DNA of 64,000 nucleotides from Promethearchaeia archaeon (GCA_029856145.1 JAHQWK010000001.1:64001-128000); one strand, 5' to 3'. Numbered from the stretch's first letter, positions 1-10,867 are shown. The notes: a model not told the origin generated them from the letters alone. Numbers and translations are program-made.

Positions 1-211
1 TTAAAAGGATTCTATTATAAAATATTTCTTGAGATATAAACGATTCAAAAAGAGTATAAATCTTCTGATTATAATTTAATATACTTTAATACTAACTAAG
101 AAAATTCTATAAAATCCATAGAAAAAGATATTTATATTTTATAAATCTTTTAAACCTAGATATTAAAATAGGGAAAATTAAAGAAAAAAATTTCAAAAAA
201 ACAGAAAATAT

Positions 212-847
212 TCATTCAATTCCAGCTAATCTTTTAATATGTTTCACTCCATCAACTGCATCGTCGGCAAAATCATCAGCACCAAGTCTCTTTGCAAGTT
301 CCATATTTAAAGGAGCCCCCCCTACGATCAGTTTAACATTATCACGAATTCCTGCTGTTTGTAAAGCTTCATGAACAACTTTTATATGTTCTACTGTCAT
401 AGTTAATAATGTACTTAAAGCGATTATAGTAGCTCCTGTTTCCTTTACTTTTTCAATTATAGCTTTCTCATCAACATCCATCCCTAAGTCATATAGTTCA
501 AACCCAGAACTTAAGAGAAGAGAACTTAATATATTTTTTCCTATATCATGGTTATCTCCCTTAACTGTAGCTAGAATTATTTTCACTTTATCTTCTGATT
601 TATCTGAAGCAGCTAACACAGGCTTCAAAATATTAAAAGCTTCCTTCATTGTTTCTCCCGCTAGAACAAGTTCTGTTAGATAATATTCTTTTTCTTCATA
701 AAGACGTCCGACCTCATCCATACCTTTTTTTAAGGAGTTTAATACATCAAAAGCATCCTTCCCTTCATCTAATGCTTCTTTCACTGCATCGGCAATATCG
801 TCTACTTCCAATTCAATTACTAATTCAGTTAATTTTTCAAAATCCAC
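212..847 (-). CDS. Methyltransferase corrinoid (cobalamin-binding) protein, MtbC/MttC-like
   Basis: N-terminal B12 cap domain plus DxHxxG motif (GDNHDIGKN), SxL and GGA motifs. Confidence 0.92.
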   Translation of the reverse strand: MDFEKLTELVIELEVDDIADAVKEALDEGKDAFDVLNSLKKGMDEVGRLYEEKEYYLTELVLAGETMKEAFNILKPVLAASDKSEDKVKIILATVKGDNHDIGKNILSSLLLSSGFELYDLGMDVDEKAIIEKVKETGATIIALSTLLTMTVEHIKVVHEALQTAGIRDNVKLIVGGAPLNMELAKRLGADDFADDAVDGVKHIKRLAGIE

Positions 848-964
848 AAAAATCTCCTTTCTTTACGAAATATAAATGGTAATTGATACTAAAGTAAATT
901 AAATTTATCCTTTAAATCTTATTTTACTAAAAAAAGTAATTTAAAATTAATTTGTTTCAAAAAT

Positions 965-1136
965 AAAAAGAAGAGAGAGAGGGAGATGAGAAAAAATCAA
1001 AATCTCAACAAGTATGTTTAAGATTTTGCAAAATTTAGTTTAGTTACCATTATAATCCACTTAGCAGAGAGCCATAGTGCTTAATTAGGAAATTAGGGGA
1101 TATTATTTGTATTTTCTCAATCTTCCCTCTATTTTA
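965..1136 (-). ncRNA. Candidate small RNA or leader with a terminal stem
   Basis: Minus-strand TATA-like TTTAAATA (1154-1161); imperfect inverted repeat 1112-1130 / 978-994 followed by a pyrimidine/U tract. Confidence 0.35.
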
Positions 1137-1381
1137 TAATTATGATACTTTACTATTTAAATTTAATTTAACAATAGCCTAAAAATCCAAAAATTATACA
1201 TTAAAAATGAATAAATTGACCATTCTAAGATTTATCATTAAAATATTGAAGAAATACAAATTCAATAAATTAATACCAATTTCCAAAATTTTTAATATTC
1301 ATATGAATTAATTTTCAGCTTATCAACACAAATAGCTAAATTTGACACTAAAAATTTAAATAAATAATAATTATAAACATT

Positions 1382-2179
1382 GTGCCAGAAATAGATAATT
1401 CCCTAGAGGATATTGAACAAGAAAATTCAGTAAAAGGGGATAAAACCACCTCAAAAGCTGATTTTTTGAAAGAAATAAGTTCAAAATATGCAATTATTTG
1501 TGAAGAGTTATTTAAAGATTATGAAATTGGTGATTTTATTGTTCGAGCTGTTGACAATGTATCATTATCAATTCATAATGGAGAATTTTTAGTTATTAAA
1601 GGTCCTAGTGGAGCAGGTAAGACATCATTATTAAATTTAATAGCTGGATTAGACTCCCCTAATAGTGGAATATTATATTCTTATGGTGTTAAAATTTCAG
1701 ATATGGAGGAAGAATCACTAACAACGTGGAGACTCTTAAATACAGGTTTTATATTTCAGAATTATAATCTTATTAGTACACTTACTGCTGAGGAAAACGT
1801 TATGTTTCCCATGAATCTTTCAGGTGTAGCTTTTAAGGAACAAAGAAAACGTGCAGAAGAACTATTAAGAAAAATGGGCCTTTTTGATCGAAGAGAACAT
1901 CTACCTTTTCAACTTTCTGCTGGAGAACAACAAAGGGTTGCAATAGCAAGAGCTTTAGCAAATGATCCTCCTATGATCTTAGCTGATGAACCAACAGCTA
2001 ATCTAGATAAGAAAACTAGTCAATTTATTAGAGATCTTTTTAAAGAGTTAAAAGATGACATTAGAACAATTTTAGTCGCCACGCATGATGATTATTTAAT
2101 AAACTTAGCCGATAGAATTCTTTCTTTTGATGATGGAAAAATTATAAATGAAGAAATAATAAGACAATTCGAAAAGTAG
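1382..2179 (+). CDS. ABC transporter ATP-binding protein (LolD/MacB family)
   Basis: Walker A GPSGAGKT, signature LSAGEQQRVAIARA, Walker B ILADEPT, H-loop. Confidence 0.93.
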   Translation: MPEIDNSLEDIEQENSVKGDKTTSKADFLKEISSKYAIICEELFKDYEIGDFIVRAVDNVSLSIHNGEFLVIKGPSGAGKTSLLNLIAGLDSPNSGILYSYGVKISDMEEESLTTWRLLNTGFIFQNYNLISTLTAEENVMFPMNLSGVAFKEQRKRAEELLRKMGLFDRREHLPFQLSAGEQQRVAIARALANDPPMILADEPTANLDKKTSQFIRDLFKELKDDIRTILVATHDDYLINLADRILSFDDGKIINEEIIRQFEK

Positions 2180-2194
2180 GAATTAAAAAACAAT

Positions 2195-4105
2195 ATGTCG
2201 TCATTTGATTTTGCGTTGAAAGACTTATATCGGAAAAGACAATCTAATTATCCATTTTTAATTATTATTATATTAATCGTCGCTTTTACTGAGTTTTTTA
2301 TATATTTTACATCATCAATAGGCTTGAATATCTTTATTCAACCTTCATTTCTAAATACATATTATTTCTCCGGTGGAATTAGTTTAACCTATAAACAGTT
2401 TAATAACCTAATTCAGATCTTATTGATTTCATTAACTGTTGGTATAGTAGTTGCTGTTAGTACTACATTAATTATTTCTAAAAAGAAAGATATTGCCATA
2501 ATGAAATCTTTAGGAACTCTCCCCCGGAAATTATATAGTTTTTATTTACTTGAAGTTTATATTTTATTTTTTATTGGTTTTTTATTAGGGTTAATTTTAG
2601 GACTAATAGTATTTGGAATATTTGCTTTAATTATGTTTTTTTTCAATTTTCCTATTCTAATTCAAATTGATTTTTTTTACACTCCATTTATTTTTTTTTC
2701 TTGTATAATAGGTATTTTTTTTGTGAGCGGTTATGCAATAAGGAAAATTGGGAAACAGAAAATAATCCAGACTTTCTCTAAAGATATTCCTTATAATTAT
2801 AATGCTGGAAAAAATTTAAAATATATTCCTAAATGGTTGACTTCAATTGGATTTAATATTAAAATTGCCGTTGTTAATACAATAAGAAAAAAAGGCGAAT
2901 TTCAACGGTATTTAATTCTATTTTCTATTATTGGAATATTGATATTTACATTAGGTTTAGGAACTATTGTATTAAACATTTCCTCTCGAGAGTGGATAAA
3001 TAAATCACAAAGTGAAAACATAGTGATTATAGGACATGAAGACGTTGTTTATAACTATTCTTTAATGTATAGGATGTTTTCTGATCCTACTCTTTTAATT
3101 GACGAAACGAATATAAATTTTACAGAGTCACAGTACTTCTTTAATTTAAGTGATATAAACACTTTAAATAGTGTTGAAGAAATTGAAGAAATTGATGAAA
3201 GAATAATTAGTTTTTATGATGTTAAAGAACTTACTGGAACTCATATAACTGAAGATGGTTCCTATATAACTGTTGGTAAGCATCGAGAAGGGAATATTCC
3301 TATCATTGGTGTGAATCCTAAGAATATAATTCAAAATTTTGAAATAGAAGGAAGATTTTTCACTGAGGAGGATGCTTTTTTTAATATGACTATTGGAGAT
3401 GGTTTAGCTCACAACTTTTTCGAATTTCCATTAGTTCAAGGATTAGAACTTACAGGGCTTGGTAAGACATTCCGTATCGCTGGAGTGATTATCGATAGTT
3501 TTTATTCTGGGTGGGGGGGATATATAAGTATTAATGAGTCGAGGAAAACATTAAACCTCGTGAATGATGAGGTCAATTTAATAATGTTAAAGCTAAGTCC
3601 TGGTGCATACCAAGGAATTAATGAAACTCTTGAAAATGTTACTAACACTATTGGAGAAAATTTTACCTATTTAAGATTAGATCAAGTATTCCGGGAAAAT
3701 TTAACTTTCGTAAGCTTCTTATCTATATACCCAATACTGTTAATTATAGTGATATCAACTATCGCAATTTTATCATTGTACAATTATCAAAAATCAGCAA
3801 TAATGGAGAAAGCTCAAGATTTTCTTATTATGCGTGCTATTGGTTCAAAAACTAGATCATTGAAAAAAATTCTTTTTATGGAGTCAATCTTTGTATTATT
3901 TCCATCTTTACTTTTAAGTTTAGGAATTGGAATGATGATAAGTTCTTTATTTTTATTTGAGCAAGTCTATTTACCTCCATTATACGTACCCTTTATCTTC
4001 TTCTTATTTTTATGTTTCCTATTTATGATTTTTAATTTCTTAAGCCTTTTTCCAATAATTAAGAAAATCAATAAATTTTCTATAAAGGATTTTAGCATGT
4101 ACTAA
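2195..4105 (+). CDS. FtsX/MacB-like ABC permease
   Basis: Two FtsX-type transmembrane blocks (DIAIMKSLG; DFLIMRAIG) flanking an extracytoplasmic domain; follows the ATPase gene. Confidence 0.85.
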   Translation: MSSFDFALKDLYRKRQSNYPFLIIIILIVAFTEFFIYFTSSIGLNIFIQPSFLNTYYFSGGISLTYKQFNNLIQILLISLTVGIVVAVSTTLIISKKKDIAIMKSLGTLPRKLYSFYLLEVYILFFIGFLLGLILGLIVFGIFALIMFFFNFPILIQIDFFYTPFIFFSCIIGIFFVSGYAIRKIGKQKIIQTFSKDIPYNYNAGKNLKYIPKWLTSIGFNIKIAVVNTIRKKGEFQRYLILFSIIGILIFTLGLGTIVLNISSREWINKSQSENIVIIGHEDVVYNYSLMYRMFSDPTLLIDETNINFTESQYFFNLSDINTLNSVEEIEEIDERIISFYDVKELTGTHITEDGSYITVGKHREGNIPIIGVNPKNIIQNFEIEGRFFTEEDAFFNMTIGDGLAHNFFEFPLVQGLELTGLGKTFRIAGVIIDSFYSGWGGYISINESRKTLNLVNDEVNLIMLKLSPGAYQGINETLENVTNTIGENFTYLRLDQVFRENLTFVSFLSIYPILLIIVISTIAILSLYNYQKSAIMEKAQDFLIMRAIGSKTRSLKKILFMESIFVLFPSLLLSLGIGMMISSLFLFEQVYLPPLYVPFIFFLFLCFLFMIFNFLSLFPIIKKINKFSIKDFSMY

Positions 4106-4206
4106 ACATTTTTATTTTAGTAATAAGATAAGATGGATAGGGTATTGATAAGTTAAATTTTAATTTCTAAAATTGTATTATTCTAATATAAAGGTGATTC
4201 TTTTTA

Positions 4207-5523
4207 ATGTCTGAAGATGCGTTAAAAGCCCGTATCAATGATTTAGAGGCAGATCTTGATAAAAAAGATATAGAGAACCATAATCTACTTGATAGAATTG
4301 AAGAACTTGAAGACAATATTATGAGATTAGAGGCTCTAATTCCAGAAGAAGATATTAAAAAAAAAAGCAGGAAACAACAAACATCAGATTCAAAATTGGC
4401 CATTGAACTCGATGAAAAAGATAGACAAATTAGATTAGTAAAGGATAAAATGGGTTTTTTAAGAAAAGAGAAAGTACAACTTCAACAAGAATTAGATAGA
4501 ATAAAATCTCAACTGGGTGAATCTTCGGTTATTAGAGTTGAAGATTTGAGAAGTAAAGCCCCACTTAATATATTAGTAAAAGAACTCCAAGAAAAAGTCA
4601 ATAATCAACGCTCAATAATTAATAAATTAAGATTTCAAAATGCCGGTAGCAAAGATTTTCGTGATCAACTGAACCAAAAAGAAGAAGAGATTGAAATTAT
4701 AAAATCAGAAAACTTAGATTTAAAACAAAAATTAAAAGAGTATAGCAATGCATATAGTGATAAAAGCAATGATTCAATAACAAAAGAATTAATAGAAGAT
4801 CTTCAGAACCAATTAACCAAATCTAAAAGACAGATAGCAGAATTAAAGCAAAGAATTGAAAAATCAGATAAAAAAAGTAAAAAACATGAAAAAGAAATTA
4901 TAAAAGTAAAAGAATTTAAAAAGGAGATCAATGAACAAAATAATCTACTAAAAGCGAAGGATAATGAAATTAAAGAATTAAAGAAAGAAATTATTTCTTT
5001 ACAAAAAGCTGAAATTGCAGCAAATTTTGAGCAAGATGACGTATCTTCAAGTGAAATGATGAGCACATTAAAAGAAGATCTCCAAAATAAACTAAATAAA
5101 GCTAAAGTACGAATAAAATCACTTCAAGCTGAACTCAAGAAATATCAAAGAGGAAAACCTGCAGAATCAGCAGGACCTCAAAAGGAGTTAGAAGGAAAAC
5201 TCAAAATGCAAAGAGAGATGGCCATCTTTCTTCAAAAACAACTTGAAACAAAGGAAGAAGAAATTGAAACAATTAAAAATGAGGCTGTACAAATAAAAAG
5301 AAAATACAGACAATTAGAGAATCAATTGAGTTTAAAAGATGAAAAATTTAATGATTTACAACGCCAATTGGATAGCCTAAATATTCAAACTCAAGTTCAA
5401 CCTATAAGAGAAGATCCTGACTTAGATTTGAGAGTCAGAGAACTTAAAAATAGAGTTGAAAACTTACAAAAACAGAATAATGAACAAAAAGTAGAGATTT
5501 CTCAGTTACGAAAAAAGATTTGA
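4207..5523 (+). CDS. Long coiled-coil protein of unknown function
   Basis: 438 aa of K/E/Q/L heptad-rich sequence; GGTGA RBS upstream. Confidence 0.7.
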   Translation: MSEDALKARINDLEADLDKKDIENHNLLDRIEELEDNIMRLEALIPEEDIKKKSRKQQTSDSKLAIELDEKDRQIRLVKDKMGFLRKEKVQLQQELDRIKSQLGESSVIRVEDLRSKAPLNILVKELQEKVNNQRSIINKLRFQNAGSKDFRDQLNQKEEEIEIIKSENLDLKQKLKEYSNAYSDKSNDSITKELIEDLQNQLTKSKRQIAELKQRIEKSDKKSKKHEKEIIKVKEFKKEINEQNNLLKAKDNEIKELKKEIISLQKAEIAANFEQDDVSSSEMMSTLKEDLQNKLNKAKVRIKSLQAELKKYQRGKPAESAGPQKELEGKLKMQREMAIFLQKQLETKEEEIETIKNEAVQIKRKYRQLENQLSLKDEKFNDLQRQLDSLNIQTQVQPIREDPDLDLRVRELKNRVENLQKQNNEQKVEISQLRKKI

Positions 5524-5533
5524 ACTTATTAAA

Positions 5534-6514
5534 ATGGAACTTATTATTTTAGGTAGCGCAGCTGCGACTCCTATAGAAAATCGAAATCTACCCTCTATAG
5601 CATTAAGATACAAAAATCAAATTCTCTTATTTGACTGTGGAGAAGATTTCCAACGTAGGTTTGCCAAGGCAGGCTTAAAATTTAATAAACCAATGAAAAT
5701 ATTTATTACTCATTTTCATGGAGACCATATCCTAGGCCTCCCTCCATTCCTATTTCGTTTAAGTTTAAATGACAGAACTGCACCAATGATGATCTTTGGT
5801 CCTCGAAATCTTTTTCTTTATTTATACATCCATAGAAAAATTCTCGGTTTGAAAGCCAAATATCCTATTAAGATTGTAGAAATTGATCATAAAAATCAAA
5901 AATTAATAGAGTTTGAGGGATTAGATTCTGAAATACCAAAGAGGACAATCAAGATAAATGGTAATTTGATATTTGAAACTAATTATTTTTCAATAAAATA
6001 TGCTTTGGTAGAACATTCTGTAATTACTTTCGCATATGCATTCATTGAAAAACCACGATATGGTAAATTCGTTCCTGAACGTGCCAGAAACCTAGGTATC
6101 CCTGAGAGTAACCTTTGGAAAAAGTTACAAGAAGGACAAATCATTGAATTCAATGGAAAGCTGATTGATCCGGTTAAGGAAGGAATTGTTGGTCCTGAGA
6201 GGCCAGGAAGAAAAATAACTTACTCTGGAGACTTGAAACCTTGTAAATCTTTAATAGATTTAGGAAGGGATTCAGATCTTTTGATTCATGAAGCAACATT
6301 TGCAAAAGCTTTAGCAGAAACTGCTGAAGATAAAAAACATTCTACATCTATAGATGCTGCAAATGACGCAAAAAAAATGGGTGCTAAGCAACTTATCTTA
6401 ACCCATATCTCAGCAAGATACCAATCTGATGCCTTAATTTTACTGGAAGAAGCTAAAGAGATTTTTCCAAATACAATATTAGCAGAAGATTTGCTTAAAA
6501 TTGAATTAAAATAA
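5534..6514 (+). CDS. rnz: Ribonuclease Z
   Basis: Metallo-beta-lactamase HFHGDH motif, exosite GPERPGRK, HEAT, HST and LTHISARY motifs. Confidence 0.95.
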   Translation: MELIILGSAAATPIENRNLPSIALRYKNQILLFDCGEDFQRRFAKAGLKFNKPMKIFITHFHGDHILGLPPFLFRLSLNDRTAPMMIFGPRNLFLYLYIHRKILGLKAKYPIKIVEIDHKNQKLIEFEGLDSEIPKRTIKINGNLIFETNYFSIKYALVEHSVITFAYAFIEKPRYGKFVPERARNLGIPESNLWKKLQEGQIIEFNGKLIDPVKEGIVGPERPGRKITYSGDLKPCKSLIDLGRDSDLLIHEATFAKALAETAEDKKHSTSIDAANDAKKMGAKQLILTHISARYQSDALILLEEAKEIFPNTILAEDLLKIELK

Positions 6515-6575
6515 ATTATCTTCTAAATTTAATTCGTTAAAAAGAGAAAAATCAAATAAAAATCTTGATTTTGAG

Positions 6576-6794
6576 CTAAAATCCGCCTGCAATGTGTGGG
6601 AGTATAATAATCTCGTCTTCTTTCCCTATCTTCGTTTCTGGTGTTGCTTTTTTACCATTTACTATGATTCCGAAAAACTTGTCTTCAAGATTAAGTTCTC
6701 GTAATAAATCAGCTACGGTCATTGTTTTATCAGGCGAAAATGTTTCATACAATCCAGTATCTAATAATTCTGAAACTTGTTTTATAACAACCAC
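6576..6794 (-). CDS. MoaD/ThiS/SAMP ubiquitin-like (beta-grasp) protein
   Basis: TVADLL, IIVNG and IILPHIAGG-F C-terminus. Confidence 0.88.
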   Translation of the reverse strand: MVVIKQVSELLDTGLYETFSPDKTMTVADLLRELNLEDKFFGIIVNGKKATPETKIGKEDEIIILPHIAGGF

Positions 6795-7044
6795 CTAATA
6801 TTTTTAATTACTTATTATATGTTTGTAATAATATTTAATATTATTTCTTTAGTTTTATTCGTTTCAGTAAGCAGTGAATTCTTGTTTTTGAAACACTTCT
6901 TTAGACTTATTTTAATCATTCAGCGATTATATTCATATTTATTTGAATTAAACACATTTTTTTTAAGCTAAATTAAAATCCAATTTTTTTTATTTTTACT
7001 TTAATTTCTATATATAGGCTTTACTTTTTTGAGGAGATAATAAA

Positions 7045-8697
7045 ATTATTGAAGAAGAAGAATTCATCGAATACACAGAGTTTTTAGACAAACTAAGAAA
7101 ATATGAGTTTAAAATAAAGCAAATCAAAGATCCAATAGAGAAAAATAAAACAATACAAGAAATGGTTTCAGAGTCATTTAATTTTTTTAATGAGATTGCT
7201 CAATCTGGAGAATTTTTTGAAGCAGGGGAATTTCTTTATTCTGTTGCTGAAATAATGGAAAATATTGATTTTTCTGAAGCTCTTAAATTATATAATGAAA
7301 TAATTGAATTGTATAAAAAGCAAATTATAGATTATAAACTTCAAGCGAAATTACGTGAAATTGCTGAATTATACTTAAGAATTGCGGAAATTTATCGTGA
7401 GAAAATTAGAGATTTTCAATCAGAAAAAAAAAATATTCTAAATAGTATAAAATTTTTAAAGCAAGAAAGTGATCTTTTAAAAGAATTTAATGAAACTAGA
7501 AAAATCGCTCAAAATTTTCAAAATATCGCAGATTTATTCTTAAAGTTCTCTGATTTCAAGAATGCTATAAAATTTTATGAAAAAGTTATCAATATTTCTA
7601 AAAATCATAACTATTTTGACATGCTATCTTACTCTTATCAGCAAATTGGATCCTGTTATGAAGAAATCGACGATTATAACAAATCGCAAGATACAATTTT
7701 AGATGGTGTAGAATTCTTCTCTACTTTAACAACTAAATTTGAAGAGAAAAATGATAATTTAACTCTTGCTCAGATTTATCAAATCTTAAAAAACTTATAT
7801 AAAATTTTAGATAAGCAAGATCAATACATAAATTTCTCTAAAAAAGAAGCAGGAGCATATATAGACTTAGCAGAAACACTAGAAAAGACACAAGAAAACT
7901 ATTATAAAATTGCGCGGTATTATCGAGGAGCTGGATTATGTTATCAAGACATTCAAAATAATCTAATTGAATGCGCCTCATGTTTTGTGTTAGCTGGTAA
8001 CTTTTCAAAAAAAATTGAAGATTATAACCAAGCAGCGACGAATTTTTTTGATGGGGCTAATGTTTTTAAAGAAATGGATAATTTTGAAATGGCATATAAA
8101 CATTTTGTAGAAGCAGGTGATAATTATTGGAAGATTGGAAGTATTAACGAATCTACAGAAAGTTATTTAAACGCTTATGATATTGCAATTGAAGGGGAAT
8201 TAGAATTTAATAGATTCGGCATTTTTAATCAAATTATAAGAGGGTTAAATAAGATCGCTGAAGAAGGATTAAAAAACAAACAATTCTTTACAGCAGCCAC
8301 TTTGATTTTAGAAAGTATAAAATTTTATGAGCAGCTTGATACCGCAAAAGATTTCCTTCTAAGAGAAATGGTTAACAATTTGTATCGTTATTATTATCGA
8401 GCAGCAAACTTAAAGAAGATTGGATCTTCTCACATCGTTCTTAGTTATGTTTTGGCCTCTATTTCATGTATTTTAAATGGTAAATTAGATAAGGCTTGGA
8501 AAGTTATCTCTGAAATAGAATCTGAAAAAACTACGGTAAAAAAATACAAAGAAATAATAAAAATAATGATTGAAAGAGTTTCTGAAGGAAAAAAGGTTGA
8601 ACTAAATAATTTCCCTTTCGATTTAAAGAGAATTATTGAATCCTCGGAAGAAATAATGTTTCTTCTAAAACTTTTTAAGGGTTTTAAAATAAAATAA
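7045..8697 (+). CDS. TPR / alpha-SNAP-like helical repeat protein
   Basis: SNAP-like repeats (ASCFVLAGN, AATNFFDGANVF, AYKHFVEAGDNY); frame open from 7033 after a GAGGAG RBS, so start is probably ATT at 7045/7048, upstream of the tracked ATG at 7162. Confidence 0.7.
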   Translation: MIEEEEFIEYTEFLDKLRKYEFKIKQIKDPIEKNKTIQEMVSESFNFFNEIAQSGEFFEAGEFLYSVAEIMENIDFSEALKLYNEIIELYKKQIIDYKLQAKLREIAELYLRIAEIYREKIRDFQSEKKNILNSIKFLKQESDLLKEFNETRKIAQNFQNIADLFLKFSDFKNAIKFYEKVINISKNHNYFDMLSYSYQQIGSCYEEIDDYNKSQDTILDGVEFFSTLTTKFEEKNDNLTLAQIYQILKNLYKILDKQDQYINFSKKEAGAYIDLAETLEKTQENYYKIARYYRGAGLCYQDIQNNLIECASCFVLAGNFSKKIEDYNQAATNFFDGANVFKEMDNFEMAYKHFVEAGDNYWKIGSINESTESYLNAYDIAIEGELEFNRFGIFNQIIRGLNKIAEEGLKNKQFFTAATLILESIKFYEQLDTAKDFLLREMVNNLYRYYYRAANLKKIGSSHIVLSYVLASISCILNGKLDKAWKVISEIESEKTTVKKYKEIIKIMIERVSEGKKVELNNFPFDLKRIIESSEEIMFLLKLFKGFKIK

Positions 8698-8877
8698 TTT
8701 TAACTCTTTTCTTTTTACTTTCTTGTAGAATCTTGTTAGCTCATGATAAAAACTTAAATATATTAAATTAAACCTTTATGATAATATCAAAAAGAGATTT
8801 TTGAAATATCTAAAATAGCAATATCTAGTAAAAGATTAGATAATTTCTTTAATCGAATCGTAAAGAAGAGATGAATT

Positions 8878-10104
8878 ATGAAAAAAATTAATAAATCTCT
8901 AATAGTATTAGTATTATGCTTCATATTCATCGGAGCGACAATACCATTTTCCCTAATTTATTTTGGTAGGAGACAGCCTACTCAATCAAATCTTGTTCAT
9001 ATTTATGTAAATTCAACGATCTATTCTAGTTTATCTTCTGATATTGCACAATATAAACAAGACATTGAAACACAAGGATATACTGCAAATGTGATCAATT
9101 GGTCCATTAATGGAATTACTCAACTTAAGAATCACATGACAGCAGCTTATTCAAATGGGTTAATAGGAGCTGTTTTAATAGGAAAACTTCCCTATGCAAA
9201 AGCAAGATATTGGGATGCAAGTTGGGCCATGTATCGTCATTTCTCATGTGATTATTATCTAATGGATTTAGATGGAAATTGGACAGATGTAAATGCAAAT
9301 AATTATTATGATGTAGGGGCCTCAGATAATAATATAGAACATAATAATGGTACTGCAGATTGGTTTCCTGAAATATGGGTAGCACGTATAAGTCCTTATA
9401 CGATATCTAAAGTTGGTTTCAATCCACTTAATTCATTAAATAATTTCTTTAATCGAAATCATAATTTGAGAATTGGACTCACTTATCGACCACATCAAGG
9501 ATTATTATATATTGACGATGAATGGGCGAGTTTTGCAACTGAATGGGTTAGTAATTTTACAGCTTACACTGGAGTAAATCTTACGTGTGAATCTGATTAT
9601 AATTATATTGCTAATGATTTTACCAATTCAACACATTTTCTTTCAAACATATCGGATATTACTCATCCAGCGTTTATGAATTATGAATTAGTTCATGTAA
9701 TGGCCCATTGTAACGGTACTGAACAACAATTTGGGATTAATGTGTATCAAGGGGTTCCAAGTGCTGATGATGGTATCTTAACATATCATGATATATATAA
9801 TAGTGGACCACAACCACTATTCTTTAATTTATACTCTTGTTTTTCGTCAAATCTTATGATAACTAATAATATCGCAACACATTATCTCTTTGATGGTCAA
9901 GCCTTAGTTGTAATAGGATGTTCAAGATCAGGGGGGATGAGTCTTTATCAACCATTTTATGATTCTCTAAGAGATGGAAAGATTTTCGGAGAAGCTTTTA
10001 AAGATTGGTTTTATGGACCAGAAATTATTCCTCTTAATCACTGGGAAGAAGTATATGGTATGACATTTTTAGGAGATCCATTACTAACAATTTATATGAC
10101 ATAA
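8878..10104 (+). CDS. Secreted or membrane-anchored C25 (gingipain-like) cysteine peptidase
   Basis: N-terminal TM/signal; VLIGKLP, DYYLMDLDG, PEIWVARI, His (MAHC), Cys (YSC) and LGDP motifs. Confidence 0.7.
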   Translation: MKKINKSLIVLVLCFIFIGATIPFSLIYFGRRQPTQSNLVHIYVNSTIYSSLSSDIAQYKQDIETQGYTANVINWSINGITQLKNHMTAAYSNGLIGAVLIGKLPYAKARYWDASWAMYRHFSCDYYLMDLDGNWTDVNANNYYDVGASDNNIEHNNGTADWFPEIWVARISPYTISKVGFNPLNSLNNFFNRNHNLRIGLTYRPHQGLLYIDDEWASFATEWVSNFTAYTGVNLTCESDYNYIANDFTNSTHFLSNISDITHPAFMNYELVHVMAHCNGTEQQFGINVYQGVPSADDGILTYHDIYNSGPQPLFFNLYSCFSSNLMITNNIATHYLFDGQALVVIGCSRSGGMSLYQPFYDSLRDGKIFGEAFKDWFYGPEIIPLNHWEEVYGMTFLGDPLLTIYMT

Positions 10105-10198
10105 TCACAATAAAATTAAACTAATTGTAACAATAATTTTTAATAAGGTTTCTTTTTTTTAATTTTTACATTTTACTAGTAATTGGAATAATACAATA

Positions 10199-10867
10199 AT
10201 GATTAATGAAAAGACAAACAACATTGTCTTAAGTTTTGATTTAGATAATACTTTAATTAATAACAGATCGGGTATTGTGGCTTCATTTAATTACGCATTA
10301 AATAAATATGAATTACCTAATTTGGAAAGCCACGTAATAGAAGTTATGATTGGTATACCTTTGAATGAGATGTTTATTAAAGTAACCAATCAAGATCCTT
10401 TAAAATTAACTTCAGCCTTCAGAGAATATTATGGAAAAAAAGGGATATATCAAGCAAATATTTTGCCAGGAATTAAATCTAAACTAAAGGAATTGAAAGA
10501 ATTACACTTCACTATGGGTATTATAACTTCCAAAAAACAAGAAATGGCAAAAAGAATCATCGAAGTTTTAAATGTTCAGAACTATTTTGATTATGTTTTA
10601 GGAGAAACAGAAGATAGAAAGGAATTGGGAAAACTTGACCCAACATTAAAGAAAATTCTAAATAGTAAATATCCCGGATATAAGATTATTGTTATTGGAG
10701 ACCATCCTAAAGATGTAATGCTTTCCAATAATTTAAACTGTCCATTTATCGGAGTATTGACAGGACATCATTCAGCTAATCAATTAAATGAAATAAAAGA
10801 GGGAAAAGCATTAATAATTGATTCAGTTAGTGAATTAGATATTGATTTAATATATTCTTTAATTTAA
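10199..10867 (+). CDS. HAD-family hydrolase (phosphoglycolate phosphatase-like)
   Basis: DLDNTL motif I, TSK motif II, IGDHPKD motif IV. Confidence 0.88.
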   Translation: MINEKTNNIVLSFDLDNTLINNRSGIVASFNYALNKYELPNLESHVIEVMIGIPLNEMFIKVTNQDPLKLTSAFREYYGKKGIYQANILPGIKSKLKELKELHFTMGIITSKKQEMAKRIIEVLNVQNYFDYVLGETEDRKELGKLDPTLKKILNSKYPGYKIIVIGDHPKDVMLSNNLNCPFIGVLTGHHSANQLNEIKEGKALIIDSVSELDIDLIYSLI

